A DNA stretch of 64,000 nucleotides, taken from the NCBI GenBank assembly GCA_038087875.1, contig CM075994.1, positions 10,976,001 to 11,040,000 on the forward strand, given 5' to 3'. This document shows, one piece after another, positions 24,465 through 37,610 of the stretch. Each line of letters opens with the position of its first letter. Within the stretch, counting starts at the first letter, position 1. The DNA comes from Malacoraja senta (Eukaryota). The position numbers were made by a program, and so were the translations under genes. The notes under the pieces are model-generated. The model saw only the letters and a list, made by a program, of their open reading frames with translations, had not been told where the DNA came from and searched no databases.

Positions 24465-25793
24465 TGGATTTACCTTGCAGTAAACGTTGTTCCCTTATCA
24501 TGTATCAGTAAACGATAAATGGCACCATTGTAATAATGTATTGTCTTTCCATTGGTTAGCACGCAGCAAGAGCTTTTCACTGTACCTCGATACACGTGAC
24601 AATAAACTAAACTGAACTGAGCAGTGTTGTTTTGCTGGCAGATGTTAAGGAGACTATTATGACGTGATTTCTCACTGATTTGACGTTGATGGCATATGGC
24701 AGTCTGTGTGGGTAGAAATGGGGAACAGCTGGAATGTAATTTGAGAAATGGCGCTGAATTAATTGTTTAGATTACTGCATGGCTTGAAAGGATGGGACCA
24801 GTGCTGGGACATTAAAGCAAACTCTCGTGTGCTCGGAGGAAGGTTTACACGCTGTAGAGGGAGGGTATAACTGAATTGGAAGGGTGCTGTGATCGCAGGA
24901 AACCTACTTTGAAAAATAATTTAAAGGGAAGAATTAGGAGTTCCACTGACAAATAGCACTACAAGTTGGCAGGACTCGAGTAAGAGAAGGGATACCATGG
25001 TCAGAGGCGAACTCCAACTGGAGTATGAGATTACAACAAGTGTAGCTTCTATTTAATTGCCTTTAATTTCAACTCCTCCTGGACCACCCATATTGAAGCA
25101 ACTACCAAGAAAGCACACCAGCGCCTCTACTGCCTCAGAACGCTTATGACGTTTGGCATGACCCCTACAACTCTCAACAACTTCTAGAGATGCACCATGG
25201 AAAGCATTTTATAAGCATGCGTCACAGCTTGGACTGGTAACAGCGCCATCCAACACCTTAAGAAATTGCAGCGAATTGTGAACGCAGCCCAGATCATCAC
25301 ACAGACCAGCCCCTTCTATTGACTCCATTTATACCTCACCTGCCTCAGCAAGGCCAGCAGCATAATCAAGGATGAGTTACACCTTGGCCACTCCCTCTTC
25401 TCCCCTCTCCCCACTCCTATCAGGCAAAATGTATAGAAGTGTGAAAACGCACACCTTCATATTCAGGGACAGTTTCTTCCCGGAATTGTCATATTGTCAT
25501 ATACGAATATTGTCAGGAAACTGCATAATCCTACCACGATCAGAGTGCTGAACTACTATCTACCACTTCGGTGACCCTCGGATTATCCTTGATAGGATTT
25601 TGCTGGCTTTACCTTGCATTGAACGTTGTTCCCTTATCATGTATCTGTGCACTGTAATGGGTCGATTGTATACGTGTATTGTCTTTCTGCTGACTGGACT
25701 GAACTGAATTATCATTAGACCGGGCTAAAACGGGAAACGAACTGGTGCCAAATGATCCCGTGTACAACACGCTCCTGTAAGATAGAGAGGGGT
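24465..25793 (+). repeat. 1329-bp segment, inserted copy
   Basis: Copy of 22173-23501 interrupting a sequence that is continuous in the paralogue (gaaagtgagatgacg at about 42054-42068). Confidence 0.92.
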
Positions 25794-26418
25794 GAGATGA
25801 CGTCCAAATAGTGTGAATGGGTGATTGTTGATCAATGTGGCCTCGGTGGGTCGATGCTGTATCTCGAAACTAAACTACAATTCTTATTACGCTTTGTTAT
25901 TGGTTACCGGTTACATGGCGACCCAAAATGAACAGTAAAATGGAGTATGGGTGTTAGAAAACCGAAATTCTATACAATTATTGGAGAAAATATTTAGTTG
26001 GCTCGGCAGCATCTGTGGAGATAGACAGGCGGGATTTAATATTTCAGGAAGATATTTATTCCGCGGACCTCGAACGTTGTTTAACTGGCAGAGAAGAAGG
26101 AGTGTTGGTGGGAACACTGATGTGTGCATTGTGGCGAGGACTCCTTAGAATGGAAGAGCTAATGGGGAGGTGCCGAGTGAGAGAATAACTGGCTGAATGG
26201 GAATAAATGGCGAATCTTTGCACATAGGGCGAGGAAGAGTGAAAAAGCGAGAAATGCACAGAAAAATATGATTAGGCTGAGACAGCAGAAAGAGAGAAAT
26301 AGAGAGATGGTGAGAAAAAGAGACGTGGGAAGAAATATATATATAGAGGGAGACTGATGGAAGCAGGGATCGGAAAGAGGAAGGCAAAAAGAGACGGAGA
26401 GAAACACACAATGCGGAA

Positions 26419-26610
<192 letters not shown>

Positions 26611-26919
26611 GTGCACATGTAGATTTGTCTTTGTATATGTGAGCATATGTTCATATAGTCATGTTCGCATGTGTTTGTCTGTGTACATTCCTGTTCGTGT
26701 ATCTGTCAGTGGGTATTTCTGTGCAGATTCGTGTCTGTATGCATGTAATATCATGGGGCTGTGTGTGCAGATTCGTGTTTGTGAGTGAGTGTGTGTGTGC
26801 ATGTGTTCATGTGCGTGATGCTCAGGCACTGGACACTGGAAGACTTTAATGTGCAACGGGAAGAATTGGTGTCACATAAAATCATTTATATTAGAAATAG
26901 TGATGAGGCTACGAAATGC

Positions 26920-27891
26920 AAAGAAAATAAATTCATTGCACCAGTTGCCGGAACACCTTTAACAGCCGACAATATGAATCTCTTAGTCATCATGAACGAC
27001 ACCGGATTACAAGGAGACAGACAGAACTGCAGATACTGGAATCTTGAACAAAAAAAGTGCTGGAGGAAATCAGCGAGTCAGGCAGCATCTGCAGAGGAAG
27101 GACAGTACTTTCGAATCAGAACCTTTCTTCAGACTGAAACATTGTGCCAGAGTGTTTTTATTGTCACATGTGCAAAGGCACAGTAAAATTAGTTTCTTAC
27201 GTACAGTCCAGTATTACCATACCTAAGCACATCCTGGATCAGCAGGTCTAAAGGAATTTACACTAATCCCGCATGAAAGAAGTGCCATGTTATGGCGACA
27301 TTTTCAAAGTCCAGTCCGCTCTAGTTCTTATGAGCGGTGCCCGATCCAGGCGAGCCCCAGGCTGCTGCGAGCCTTCAGCCATCGGCATCCAGGATGTGAT
27401 ATCCCTCTCCCCGCCCGTCCACCTCCCTGCAGACAACGGTCCGCCGGATCTTACGACCGCTAACCGGCTCGGCCGCTTCCCGCCGTACGCCGCGGCGTGC
27501 TGGGAGTTTCTGCCGCGCTCCCAGAATGGATTGCATGGGATGTAAATCGAAAAGAGATGGGGCTCGTTTTCAGATTCAATGGGTTTAATTCCAACAGCTT
27601 TGTTTCTACAACGGAGTAGATTTATCTAAATATTACTCTATGCCAATATTTCTATTTCACTACAGTACACAATCCGTAAACATGGAATGGATGGGTTCCA
27701 GGTAAACAACATGTACGGGGTATTAATGTTCCCTTTTTATTAGATTATAAGAAAGAGGAGGTCGCACGGTTTTGAACGGGAGCGAGGCGCGCTGATAGTG
27801 AATACGAAAGGACTAGTTTAGTTTACGATAGTCACGTGTACAGAGGTACCGTGAAAACCCTTTTTTTGCTTGCTATCCAGTCAGTGAAAGG
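26920..27891 (+). repeat. ~970-bp direct repeat, left copy
   Basis: Aligns to 37611-38586 with roughly 20 differences counted by eye. Confidence 0.93.
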
Positions 27892-28245
27892 GAGGGGGAG
27901 GGGAGGAGAGGGAGAGGGAGAGGGAGAGGGAGAGAGAGGGGAGAGGGAGAGGGAGAGGGAGAGGGAGAGGGAGAGGGAGAGGGAGAGGGAGAGGGAGAGG
28001 GAGAGGGAGAGGGAGAGGGAGAGAGAGAGAGAGAGAGGGGGCGAGGGGGAGAGGGGGAGGGGGAGAGGGGGAGAGGGGGGAGAGGGGGAGAGGGGGAGAG
28101 GGGGAGAGGGGGAGAGGGGGGAGGGGGGAGGGGGGAGAGGGGGAGAGGGGGAGAGGGGGAGAGGGGGAGAGGGGGAGAGGGGGGAGAGGGAGAGAGGGAG
28201 AGAGGGAGAGAGGGAGAGAGGGAGAGAGGGAGAGAGGGAGAGAGG

Positions 28246-28284
<39 letters not shown>
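27892..28284. repeat. Pure purine tract of (GGGAGA)n, (GGGGGAGA)n and (GA)n
   Basis: About 390 nt, almost exclusively G and A on +. Confidence 0.97.
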
Positions 28285-28286
<2 letters not shown>

Positions 28287-31200
28287 GGAACAGAGGCAGA
28301 GGGGCTTCATAGTTTACTTATTGTTTTTTTTTATTTTTATTTTTTTATTTTTATTTATTAGAAGTACATTACATTACAACCACATACATTAGTACTCGTC
28401 ATTTATGTCTTCTTACAATTAATGTACTCCATTTATTTTTTACACTAGAAAGGAAAAGATTGATAGAAAGAAGAAAGTGAAGGAAAAAGTGAAAGTGTAG
28501 AAAATGTGACAACAAAAAAAGGACGAAGACCCTATAAGAGCAAAATTAAAAAACAAAAGAAAAAGAGTTAAGAAATAGACCCTAGAAAAGAAAGAGAAAG
28601 AGAAAGAGGAAAAAGAGAGAAACAAATATTTTTATGAGCATTACGTAAATGGGACATACCAACTCTTCAACTATCATCCCCCCTTACCTGACCTCAATTT
28701 TTTTTTAAAGTACTTTTGCACCCTATATTTGTAATAATTCTATAAATGCAGACCACGTCAGGTGGAAGTGATCTGGTTTACCTGCTAGGAGGAGTCTTAT
28801 CTCTTCTAGGTGTAATGTTTCGAACATATTTGAAATCCACATATTTATAGTTGGTATTGGAGCCTTCTTCCAAAATTTTAGAATTAGCTTTTTTCCAGTT
28901 ATTAACCCATAGTCCATTAGTTTCTTTTGAAACACATTTAGTTCTGGACCATCTTCCGTTATTCCGAAGATAATCCATTCTGCTTTGGGTATCAGTCTTA
29001 TTTTAAATAACTTTGTAAAGATTTCAAAAATTTCATTACTAAATTTTTGAATTTTTGTACAGAAAACGAATGAGTGCGCTATAGTAGCTTCTTGGGATTG
29101 ACATTTATCACAAATAGATGATACATTTGGGAAAAATTTTATGAATTTTAGTTTTCGAATAATATAATCTATGCAAAATTTTAAATTGTATTAAAGTGTG
29201 TCTTACATTAATCGAACATTTATGCACGTTTAATAAGTGTTCATTCCAACTTTCCTTTGAAATTTTAATAGCTAACTTGTTCCCAGTCTCCTCTGATACC
29301 CTCCGTAGATGGTATTTGTACATTTAAGATAATATTATACAAATATGATATTAAGTTTGCTGATTCAGCTTTTATCTGCATTGCCTCGTCCAATACATCT
29401 ACTGGGTTATTATAATGATCTTTTGTATATTTTTTCAAATAGTCACATATTTGAAAATATTTAAAATATTGATTATTTCCGAGTTTATATTTTATTTGTA
29501 ATTGTTGAAATGAAAGTAATTTTCCAGTTTCATACAAGTCACCAAGCGTTTTAATTCCTAGTCTATCCCAATGTGTAAAAGCTTTATCTATAATAGAGGG
29601 ATTAAACGAAGGGTTATTAACTATAGGTAATAAAAGTGATAAATTTCTTAATTTTAAATTTTTGTTTTATTTGTTTCCAAATTCGGATTGTACTATGAAT
29701 AATTGGGTTCTTATTATAATTTATGTTATTCAATTTAATTGGAGAAAGGAGGATCGCTCCAATGTTCCAGAGGAGCAATCCTCTTTCTCCATTACAATCC
29801 AGTCCACTTGCTGGGCGGAGTTATCCATCAGTTGAATCATATTTTTAATATTTACTGACCAATAATAATACATAAAATTAGGTAGTGCTAAACCCCCTAA
29901 TACTTTAGGTTTATTCAGATGAGTTTTTTGTATTCTATGTGATTTATAGTCCCATATAAAATTAGTGATATCTGAGTCGAGTTAAAAAAAAAACTTCTTT
30001 GGTAAGTATATAGGAATCGATTGAAATAGGTATAAAATTTGTGGTAGAAAGATCATTTTTATTGCGTTTATTCGGCATATTAAAGACATCGGGAGCGTTT
30101 TCCAGAATTTAATTAGTGTGTTTAATTTATTGAGTAGGGGGTCAAAATTTGCCCTAAACATACCTTGATATGTTCTGGTAATTTCGATTCCCAAGTATTT
30201 AATTTTTTCTGTAGCTATTTTAAGAGGGAATTTTAAAAGATGTGTTGAATCTTTCGGTTTTATTGACATAATTTCACTTTTATTCCAATTTATTCTATAT
30301 CCAGAAAAGGATCCAAAGTCTTCAATTAAGTTTAATATATTTGGTATAGTGATTTGAGGTTTTGTAATGTACAGTAATATATCATCCGCGTATAAAGATA
30401 TTTTATTATATGAGTCTTTAGTATTATATCCATGGATATCAGGGTGTATTCTAATTTTTTCTGCTAGCGGTTCAATAATGAGAGCAAACAGCTGTGGTGA
30501 TAATGAGCATCCTTGTCTATTTCCCCTTGATAGTTGGAATTTCGAGGATAATATGTTATTAGTTAGTATTCTAGCTGTAGGTTTGTTATATAGTAACTTG
30601 ATCCATAGAATAAAATTCTCCCCCAGTTGGAATTTTTGTAATATTTTGTCCATATAATTCCATTCTACTTGATCAAATGCTTTTTCAGCATCCAGCGAAA
30701 TAATTGATAATTCTTGATCTTCAGATTTGTGTGAGTGCATTATGTTGAGTAGACGTCTCATATTGTTAGATGAGTATCTCTTAGGGATAAACCCCGTCTG
30801 ATCTGGGTTTATTAATTTTCTAATGTATTTACTTAATCTTCTAGCTAATGTTTTCGCTAATATTTTTTGATCTGTGTTTAACAATGCTATAGCTCTATAA
30901 GAACCAGGTTCTTCTAAAACTTTGTTTTTCTTAGGTATTAGTGTAATCGTTGATTCCGCTAATGTATCAGGGAGTATTCGTTTTTTAAAAGCATATTGGT
31001 ACATTTTTTGTAATCTTGGTACTAATTTATCATAAAAGCTTTTATAAAATTCATTAGTAAATCCATCAGGGCCTGGTGTTTTTCCATTCTTTAGTGAGTT
31101 TATTGTATCTTCTAATTCCTTAATTGAGATTTGTGCACCCAATTCCTCTTGTTCCTTCAGCTCTAACTTTGGAAGATTACAGGTATCCAAAAACTTTGTG

Positions 31201-34200
31201 ATATTGTTGGAATCAATTGTCGTTTTAGATGTATATCTAAAACGACAATTGGACTGGTGAAACTTTTCTCTGCTCTAGGAATCCTCCACAAGTGCGAACA
31301 TTCCGGAGATATTTTTCCATTGTCGAGGGTGCGGTTGTTGATGGCGGACAGCCAAGAGTGCCTGGAGATCGAGGGAATGCCCTAAAGTCATTTTGCTCAG
31401 GCGGATGCCGGGTTTAATGTGAAGATGGTACTTTTGAGTCCGGCAAGAATGGGATAGAGCTTCCCAAAAGCTGCTCTCGGCTGTGGACGTCTTTGGGGAT
31501 TTTCTGGCTGTAGCTGGAGGCTTCAGAGTTCTGCTACTTGTTGACTGTGACTGTTTGCGGGAATTAACGTGGAGCTGATCTGCCGGGTCGATTGGAGCTG
31601 GTTGTGCCTCTGCCAGGAGGACGATGGCTGGGGCGAGGCCGAAGAACCGGAGCTACACAGTGGCGGCATCAGAGGCGGATGCGAGGACCATTGGAGTATG
31701 AGCCTTATGTGGACTTGGATTGGGGCAAGTTTGGTATCTCGGTCCAAACTGGGCCCCAGATGTCAAGGGGAGTAATTACCAAGGCCGTGAATGACCTTAT
31801 TGGGGGGCGGGCTGTTGTCTCTTCCGAGCTTGAAAGAGGAAAGGTGGAGATGATATTAAAGACCCGGGAGGGTGTAGCAATGGTGTTGGAGAGGGGGATA
31901 TCAGTGGGGGGGATCCAATTACAGGTGGATCCGTGGTTATCTAGGGTGAGACCGGTTCTCCTGCGGAGTTGCCCCAACATTTATTCCGGATGCTGCACTT
32001 ATGCCACACCTGTCTTAGGTTGGGGAGGTGAGGTCTAAGTGCTTTAGGCTCAGGCACCTCGGGGGGGATCCGGAGGAAAGAGGGATCTTGAGTTTTAAAG
32101 AGGAGGGTGTTCATGAAGGTGGATGAGGGTGAAGGCGTGGAGGGGAGCTTTGAGGTGGATTGTAAGGGTCTCCGTAGAACCGTGTATTGGAGTTGGGGGA
32201 AGGCACAGTGTCATACGTGTGGAGCATATGGACATCTCCGTAAAGAGTGTCTTTCTCGCGGGGGTGATGCTAGAAGTTCTAGCGTAGTGGCCCAGGATTG
32301 CAATGCTGGCCCATCCGGGGTGGTATATCATGCCTCGGTGGCGCGGGGCGGCACTGCTGACCTGGCTAGGGCGGCTAGCTCTACTCGGGGATCCGGGGCG
32401 GAAGTCATAGGCCATCTGGGTCTGAAAGTTCTGCCTTGGGGACCCGGGGCGGGGAAGGCCTCAGGCCCCTGCGTCCTGAGACTGTGGAGGTGGTGGTGGC
32501 TAATGGTGAGGGGGGGGAGAGGGTGGAGAGGGGGAGGAAAAAGATGGGGAGGGGGAGTGGGAGGTGAAGAAGTCGAGGAGGAGGAGGGGAAAGGGCCATC
32601 CAGAGAGTATAACGCAATCTGAGAACGGGGTGCGTGTCAGATCTAGTGAGGTCCAGAGTGTGCATGATGTGGCCCAGCAAGGCGATGAGGTCGCTCAGAC
32701 GGGGAAGGGATGGTAAAGTGTGCGGGTGGTTTAGTGGATGGGGGTAGTGAGGGGGTGGAAGACCCTTCCTTTATGGAGGTCACCGTATTGCCGCATGTTA
32801 GTGGGGTAAAAAGGAATAGGCCTGGCGAGGAAGAGGAAGGGCGTGAGGTGAAAATTAGGGCAGGTGAGGGGGTTGATTCCGCTGGAGTTGTGTCCTCTGG
32901 GCGGGTGGCTGGCCCTTCATTTCAGGGGCCCTCCGATGGAGTTATCTCATCGGGTGGTGAGGTGAGCTCCCCTGGGGGTGTGTCCTCTGGGTCGGAGGAG
33001 GTCCCCTCGTTTCAGAGGCCTCTTGAGGGTGATGGAACGCCAGAGGATGGGGTATGTGCCCCTGGTAGTGGGGCCCCTGAGATGGGGGATGAGCAGAGTC
33101 AGACTGAGGGGGGTGGTTCTGGGGCTGTGGTGTTCCAGTCTATGCTGCACATCAGAGCCAGTGGTGGTAATGGGGGGTGTGCTGCATCGCCGGATGAGGT
33201 GGAAGGGGAGAGGCTAAACGAAAGAGGAGAGCCTCTGGGTGTTGCTAGTGGTGGGGATGCTATAGGTGTTGTGGAGGTCGGGGATAGTTCGGGTGGTGAT
33301 GTCCCTTTAGTTTCAAGGGGTGCCAGTGTATCCCAGGCCCTGGGGGTGCCTAGTGTTTTTGCTTCCCCAGGCCAAGGCGTGGAGGATGATGGTAGCGTGC
33401 ACGTGCCAAGCCAGTCAGGGGGATGCTTGTTGCAGTTGGGGGTTTCGGGGCCCTTACCTGGCATTGATCCTAGGGGTGGTTTCTTGCTGGAGGAGGGGGA
33501 GGGTGAACAGGAAAGTTTGGGTAGTGGGGGTGGAGAGCTTTTAGAGAACTCTGAGCGTTCAATTACTGAAAGAGACCTTGAACGTTGTGACGTGGAGCCT
33601 GATGGTGCAGGTGCAAGTGCGTTGGCCGAGTGCCAAGGGTCCAAGGCCGAGTCTCTTGAATGTGAGATACAGGAGGTTCGAGAATTTCTCAGAACAAACC
33701 GCTCCATCAGGAAAAGATTGGAGGCTGTTAATAGGCGGTGGAAGGATCTGCCAGGTTTGATTCAGGCTCTCGAGGCTATCCTTGGCAACAGGGAGAGTGA
33801 TCATACTGACTTAGAGGCAGTTTGGGGACTTTATGGTGTTCCTCAGAGAGAAGGTTGTTGTGTCTACGGGGAGTGGTGGGGTTTAATATAGTGGGCCTTT
33901 ACATTCACCGTCGCAACATTAAACTTAAACGGGAGTAGAGCGAGTTTTCGTAGATTTCAGCTTTTATCAGTCCTTAAAGAGGGGAGATTTGTAGTGTGTT
34001 TTTTGCAGGAGACGCACACAGTTGTCAGTGATGAACCTACCTGGAGACTGGAGTGGGAAGGGGGGGGGGTTTACATGAGCCATCTCAGCTCGAATTCGAG
34101 TGGCGTGGCCTTTCTGTTGGCCCAGAATTTCCTGCCAACGATTTCAAAAGTGAACGAAGTTGTGCCAGGACGGTTGCTCCATCTGGCCGTGAGCCTGGAT

Positions 34201-37200
34201 GGCATGCCGTTGCATTTCATTAACGTGTATGCCCCTAGCTCCGGTACGATGCAGGCCGGCCTAATTCAGGAGGTGACTGCTCTGTTGAGCACTATTGATA
34301 GGGGAGAGTGTGTTTTCCTTGGTGGGGACTTTAATTGCACACTTGAGGCACGAGATCGTTCTGGTACTCAGTGTGCCCCTGCTGTAGCGAAGAAGTTGAG
34401 AGGGATGATTGAATCCTTTTAGTTGGTTGATGCATGGTGGAACCTCCACCCGCATTCCAATGCTTCTTCGCGGAGGTATGAGGGTGGTGGTTCCCGTATT
34501 GAGAGAATATATATTTCCCGAGCGTTTGTTGCCCGTGTCTCAGAGGCTTCAATGCGTGTGGTGCCATGTTCGGATCACTGTTTGGTGCGTGTGGACTTCA
34601 TTCCGGCACGCACTAGGGCTGGATCCGCGTACTGGCACTTTAACAATCGGTTGCTGGAGGATCGGTGTTTCCGGGAGTCATTCAGTCGGTTTTGGGGGAA
34701 GTGGAGAGAGGGGCGGAGGTGCTTCTCTTCCCTTAGGCAGCGGTGGGATGTGGGGAAGGCTCACATTCGTCTATTTTGTAAGGAGTATACGTGGGGGTCG
34801 ACCGGACGGAGGGACTCAGCGGTCGCGAGGCTTGAGAGGGAGCTACGGGGTGCAGAGTCTCGCCTGGGTCGGGATGGTGAGGACTCCTGTGAATGGGGAG
34901 AGTTTCAGGAGAAGAAGGAAGCCTTGAGGAATCTGCTGCTTGAGAGGTCCCGAGGCGCTTTCGTGAGGGCGCGGGTACAGATGATGCAAGATCTGGACCG
35001 AGCTTCGCCTTTCTTTTTCTCTTTGGAGAAAGGGATGGGAGCAGGACTTGTGGGAGGCTCAGCAGGACTTGTGGGAGGGTCTACCGACTGTTGATAGGGA
35101 GGTGGCCGGTCTTCTTGATGGCCCCTTATCTTTGGAGGAGTTGACTTGTGCATTGTTTCAGCTCAGGAAGGGTAAGTCACCCGGGATGGATGGGTTGACG
35201 GTAGAGTTTGTTAGAGCTTTCTGGGATATCCTGGGGGGTGATTACATGTTGGTGCTGGGGGAGAGTCTGGCGGCCGGGGCGATGCCCCTCTCGTGGCGTA
35301 GGGCAGTTGTGGTCTTGCTGCCTAAGAAGGGTGAACTCCGCTTGTTGAAGAACTGGAGGCCGGTATCTCTCCTATGTACAGAGTATAAAGTATTTGCACG
35401 GGCAATGGCAAATCGCCTGGGCCCTGTGCTGTCTCAAATGATTCAGCCTGACCAGTCCTATACAGTCCCTGGCATGTCCATTCAGGATAACATCCACCTG
35501 GTTAGGGACCTGATTCATATAGTTCAGGGTACTGGTCAGTCAGCTGCTTTTCTGTCTCTTGATCAGGAGAAGGCTTTTGATAGGGTAGAGCATGATTACC
35601 TATTCGGGACGTTGCAAGCGTTTGGATTTGGACCGCATTTTGTGGCCCGGGTCCGGCTTCTGTACGCTGCAGCGGAGTGCCTGGTGAAGGTTAATGGTGC
35701 GTTGTTGGCTCCCTTTCAGTTTGGGAGGGGGGTCCGTCAGGGGTGCCCCATGTCGGGTCAGTTGTACTCGGTCTGTGTGGAGCCGTTCCTGTGTCTTCTT
35801 CGGAGGAGGTTGACAGGCCTGGCCCTACCTGGGCCGGGGTTGGAGGTGGTTCTTTCAGCGTATGCAGATGATGTCCTCCTTATGTTCACTGATCCTGGTG
35901 ACCTGCGAAGGATGCGTGACTGCCAGGAGATTTTCTCAGCTGCATCTTCTGTCAGGATTAACTGGAGTAAGTGTTCTGGTCTTTTAGTGGGTCAGTGGCA
36001 GGTGGATTCCCCGCCGGAGGAGATGGAAAGGTATGTGTGGAGCACCACACATCTCCTCTATCTGGGGGTTTACCTGAGTCCCACTGAGGATGCTTGGCCG
36101 GCGAATTGGCAGGAGATGGAGACGAAGGTGGTTGCCCGGCTGGGGCGCTGGTCGGGCTTGCTTGGAGTTCTTTCTTTTCGGGGGAGATTGATGGTCATAA
36201 ATCAGCTGGTGGCCTCTATGTTATGGTACCGTCTGGCTACTCTTGACCCACCTTCCATATTTGTAAATGCTCTTCAGAAGAAGCTGGTAGATTTCTTCTG
36301 GGGAAATAGGAAGCACTGGGTCTCTGCAGCGGTCCTGAGTCTCCCGTTAGAGGAGGGCGGCCAGTCCTTGGTATGCGTGCTACCCAGGTGGCGGCTCTCC
36401 GTCTCAGGACTCTGCGGAGGTATATGTATGTAGAGAACCCCCCCAGATGGCACGCTCTGGCCACATATTTTTTTCGTCGTGGTCGTTGCCTAGGGGGGGG
36501 GGGGGGTCTCGCGGCTCCCGGTGGCGGGCATCAGTCGACCCGCCCTAAGGGGTTTGCCTGTTTTCTACCGGGATGTGATCAGAGTGAGGAATTTGGTTGT
36601 TTTCAGCCAGCGTGTTGTTCTACGAGGGGAGGGGGATGGTGCGGCTGCGGGAGTGGCCGGTCCTCGCTCAGTCATGGCGGGTGTCGAGGAGAGGCGAGCG
36701 CCTAGAGTGGTTCTGGCTGAGCTTTCAATTGCTCCGTCAGATCTGCTCATCGGGCCTAGGCTCCGGGATATATCTCGGGAACCGGCTCCACACAACCTGA
36801 GCCGCCTTTCCAAGATGATCAGCATACCGTTTCATGATGCGAAGAGACGCACACTGTACCGAATGTTCCTGCACATTCTGCACCTCCTTGCCTTTGTTTC
36901 CCGTCCTGACACACCTTGGCGGACGGTGTTACCACCTGATGGTGGGGGTCCCTGGTGGGGGTCCTTCTATACGGGAGTTGTCCCCCTTTACATTGGGGAC
37001 CTGGGGTGGAGACTGTTGCACGGAGCGGTGGTTTGTAATAAACTTTTGAGTCGGTTCACGGGTTCGTCCGCCGCGTGTATTTTCTATGGCAAGGAAGAAA
37101 CCGTGTTCCACGTATACATGGAGTGTGAGAGGTTACTGCCCCTGTACCAATATCTGAAGCGGTTGTTCCTTAAGTTCTGGTTGCATTTTAGTCCCACGAT

Positions 37201-37600
37201 TCTAGTGTGTGGGCATAAGGTAGGGTGTGGGGAGAGCCAAGTGGGGGGTGGGACCTCCCTGTCGGTTTGCTCCTGGGCCTGGTTAAGATGGCCATTCGTG
37301 GCTCCAGGCAGCGGGCGGTCGATGGTGAGGCGAGAGTTGGCTGCCTGCCCCTCTTCCGGGCGTACGTCCGTGCACGGGTGTCCCTGGAGCGGGAATATGC
37401 GGTGTCCACGGGGACTCTGGAGGCCTTCCGTGGGCGATGGTCACCACGTGGGGTGGAGAGTATAATAAATAATGAATGTACTGTTGTACTATAAGGATGT
37501 GTTTTGATATAATGTATCTTTTGATTATGTATTGATGTGATGTATCATTGAGTGTGTTGAATAAAGTTTTTGAAAAGTTTAAAAAAAAAAGAAAAAAAAA
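28285..37600 (+). mobile_element. Tx1-clade non-LTR retrotransposon copy A, near full length, disabled; 5' UTR interrupted by L1
   Basis: ORF1 with CHTCGAYGHLRKEC knuckle; ORF2 with APE motifs (FLQETH, GDFNC, SDH), RT motifs (SPGMDG, WRPVSLL, DQEKAFDRV, QGCPMS, YADD) and C-terminal zinc motif; AATAAA 37560-37565 and poly(A) 37581-37600. Confidence 0.95.
28324..31250 (-). mobile_element. 5'-truncated L1-clade LINE (AT-rich) nested in the Tx1 copy A 5' UTR
   Basis: ORF 29982..31190 with TPGPDGF, YRAIALLN, DAEKAFD, QGCSLSP, YADD; C-terminal CDKC...H...C motif; poly(A) tail at 28324-28360; flanks are continuous in copy B (ttattgttggactgg). Confidence 0.95.
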
Positions 37601-37610
37601 GAGAGGAAAG

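Noticed and set aside
27273..27545. Duplicated 90-aa ORF (also 37968-38240)
   Set aside because: Conservation is explained by the recent duplication; no domain or splice evidence.
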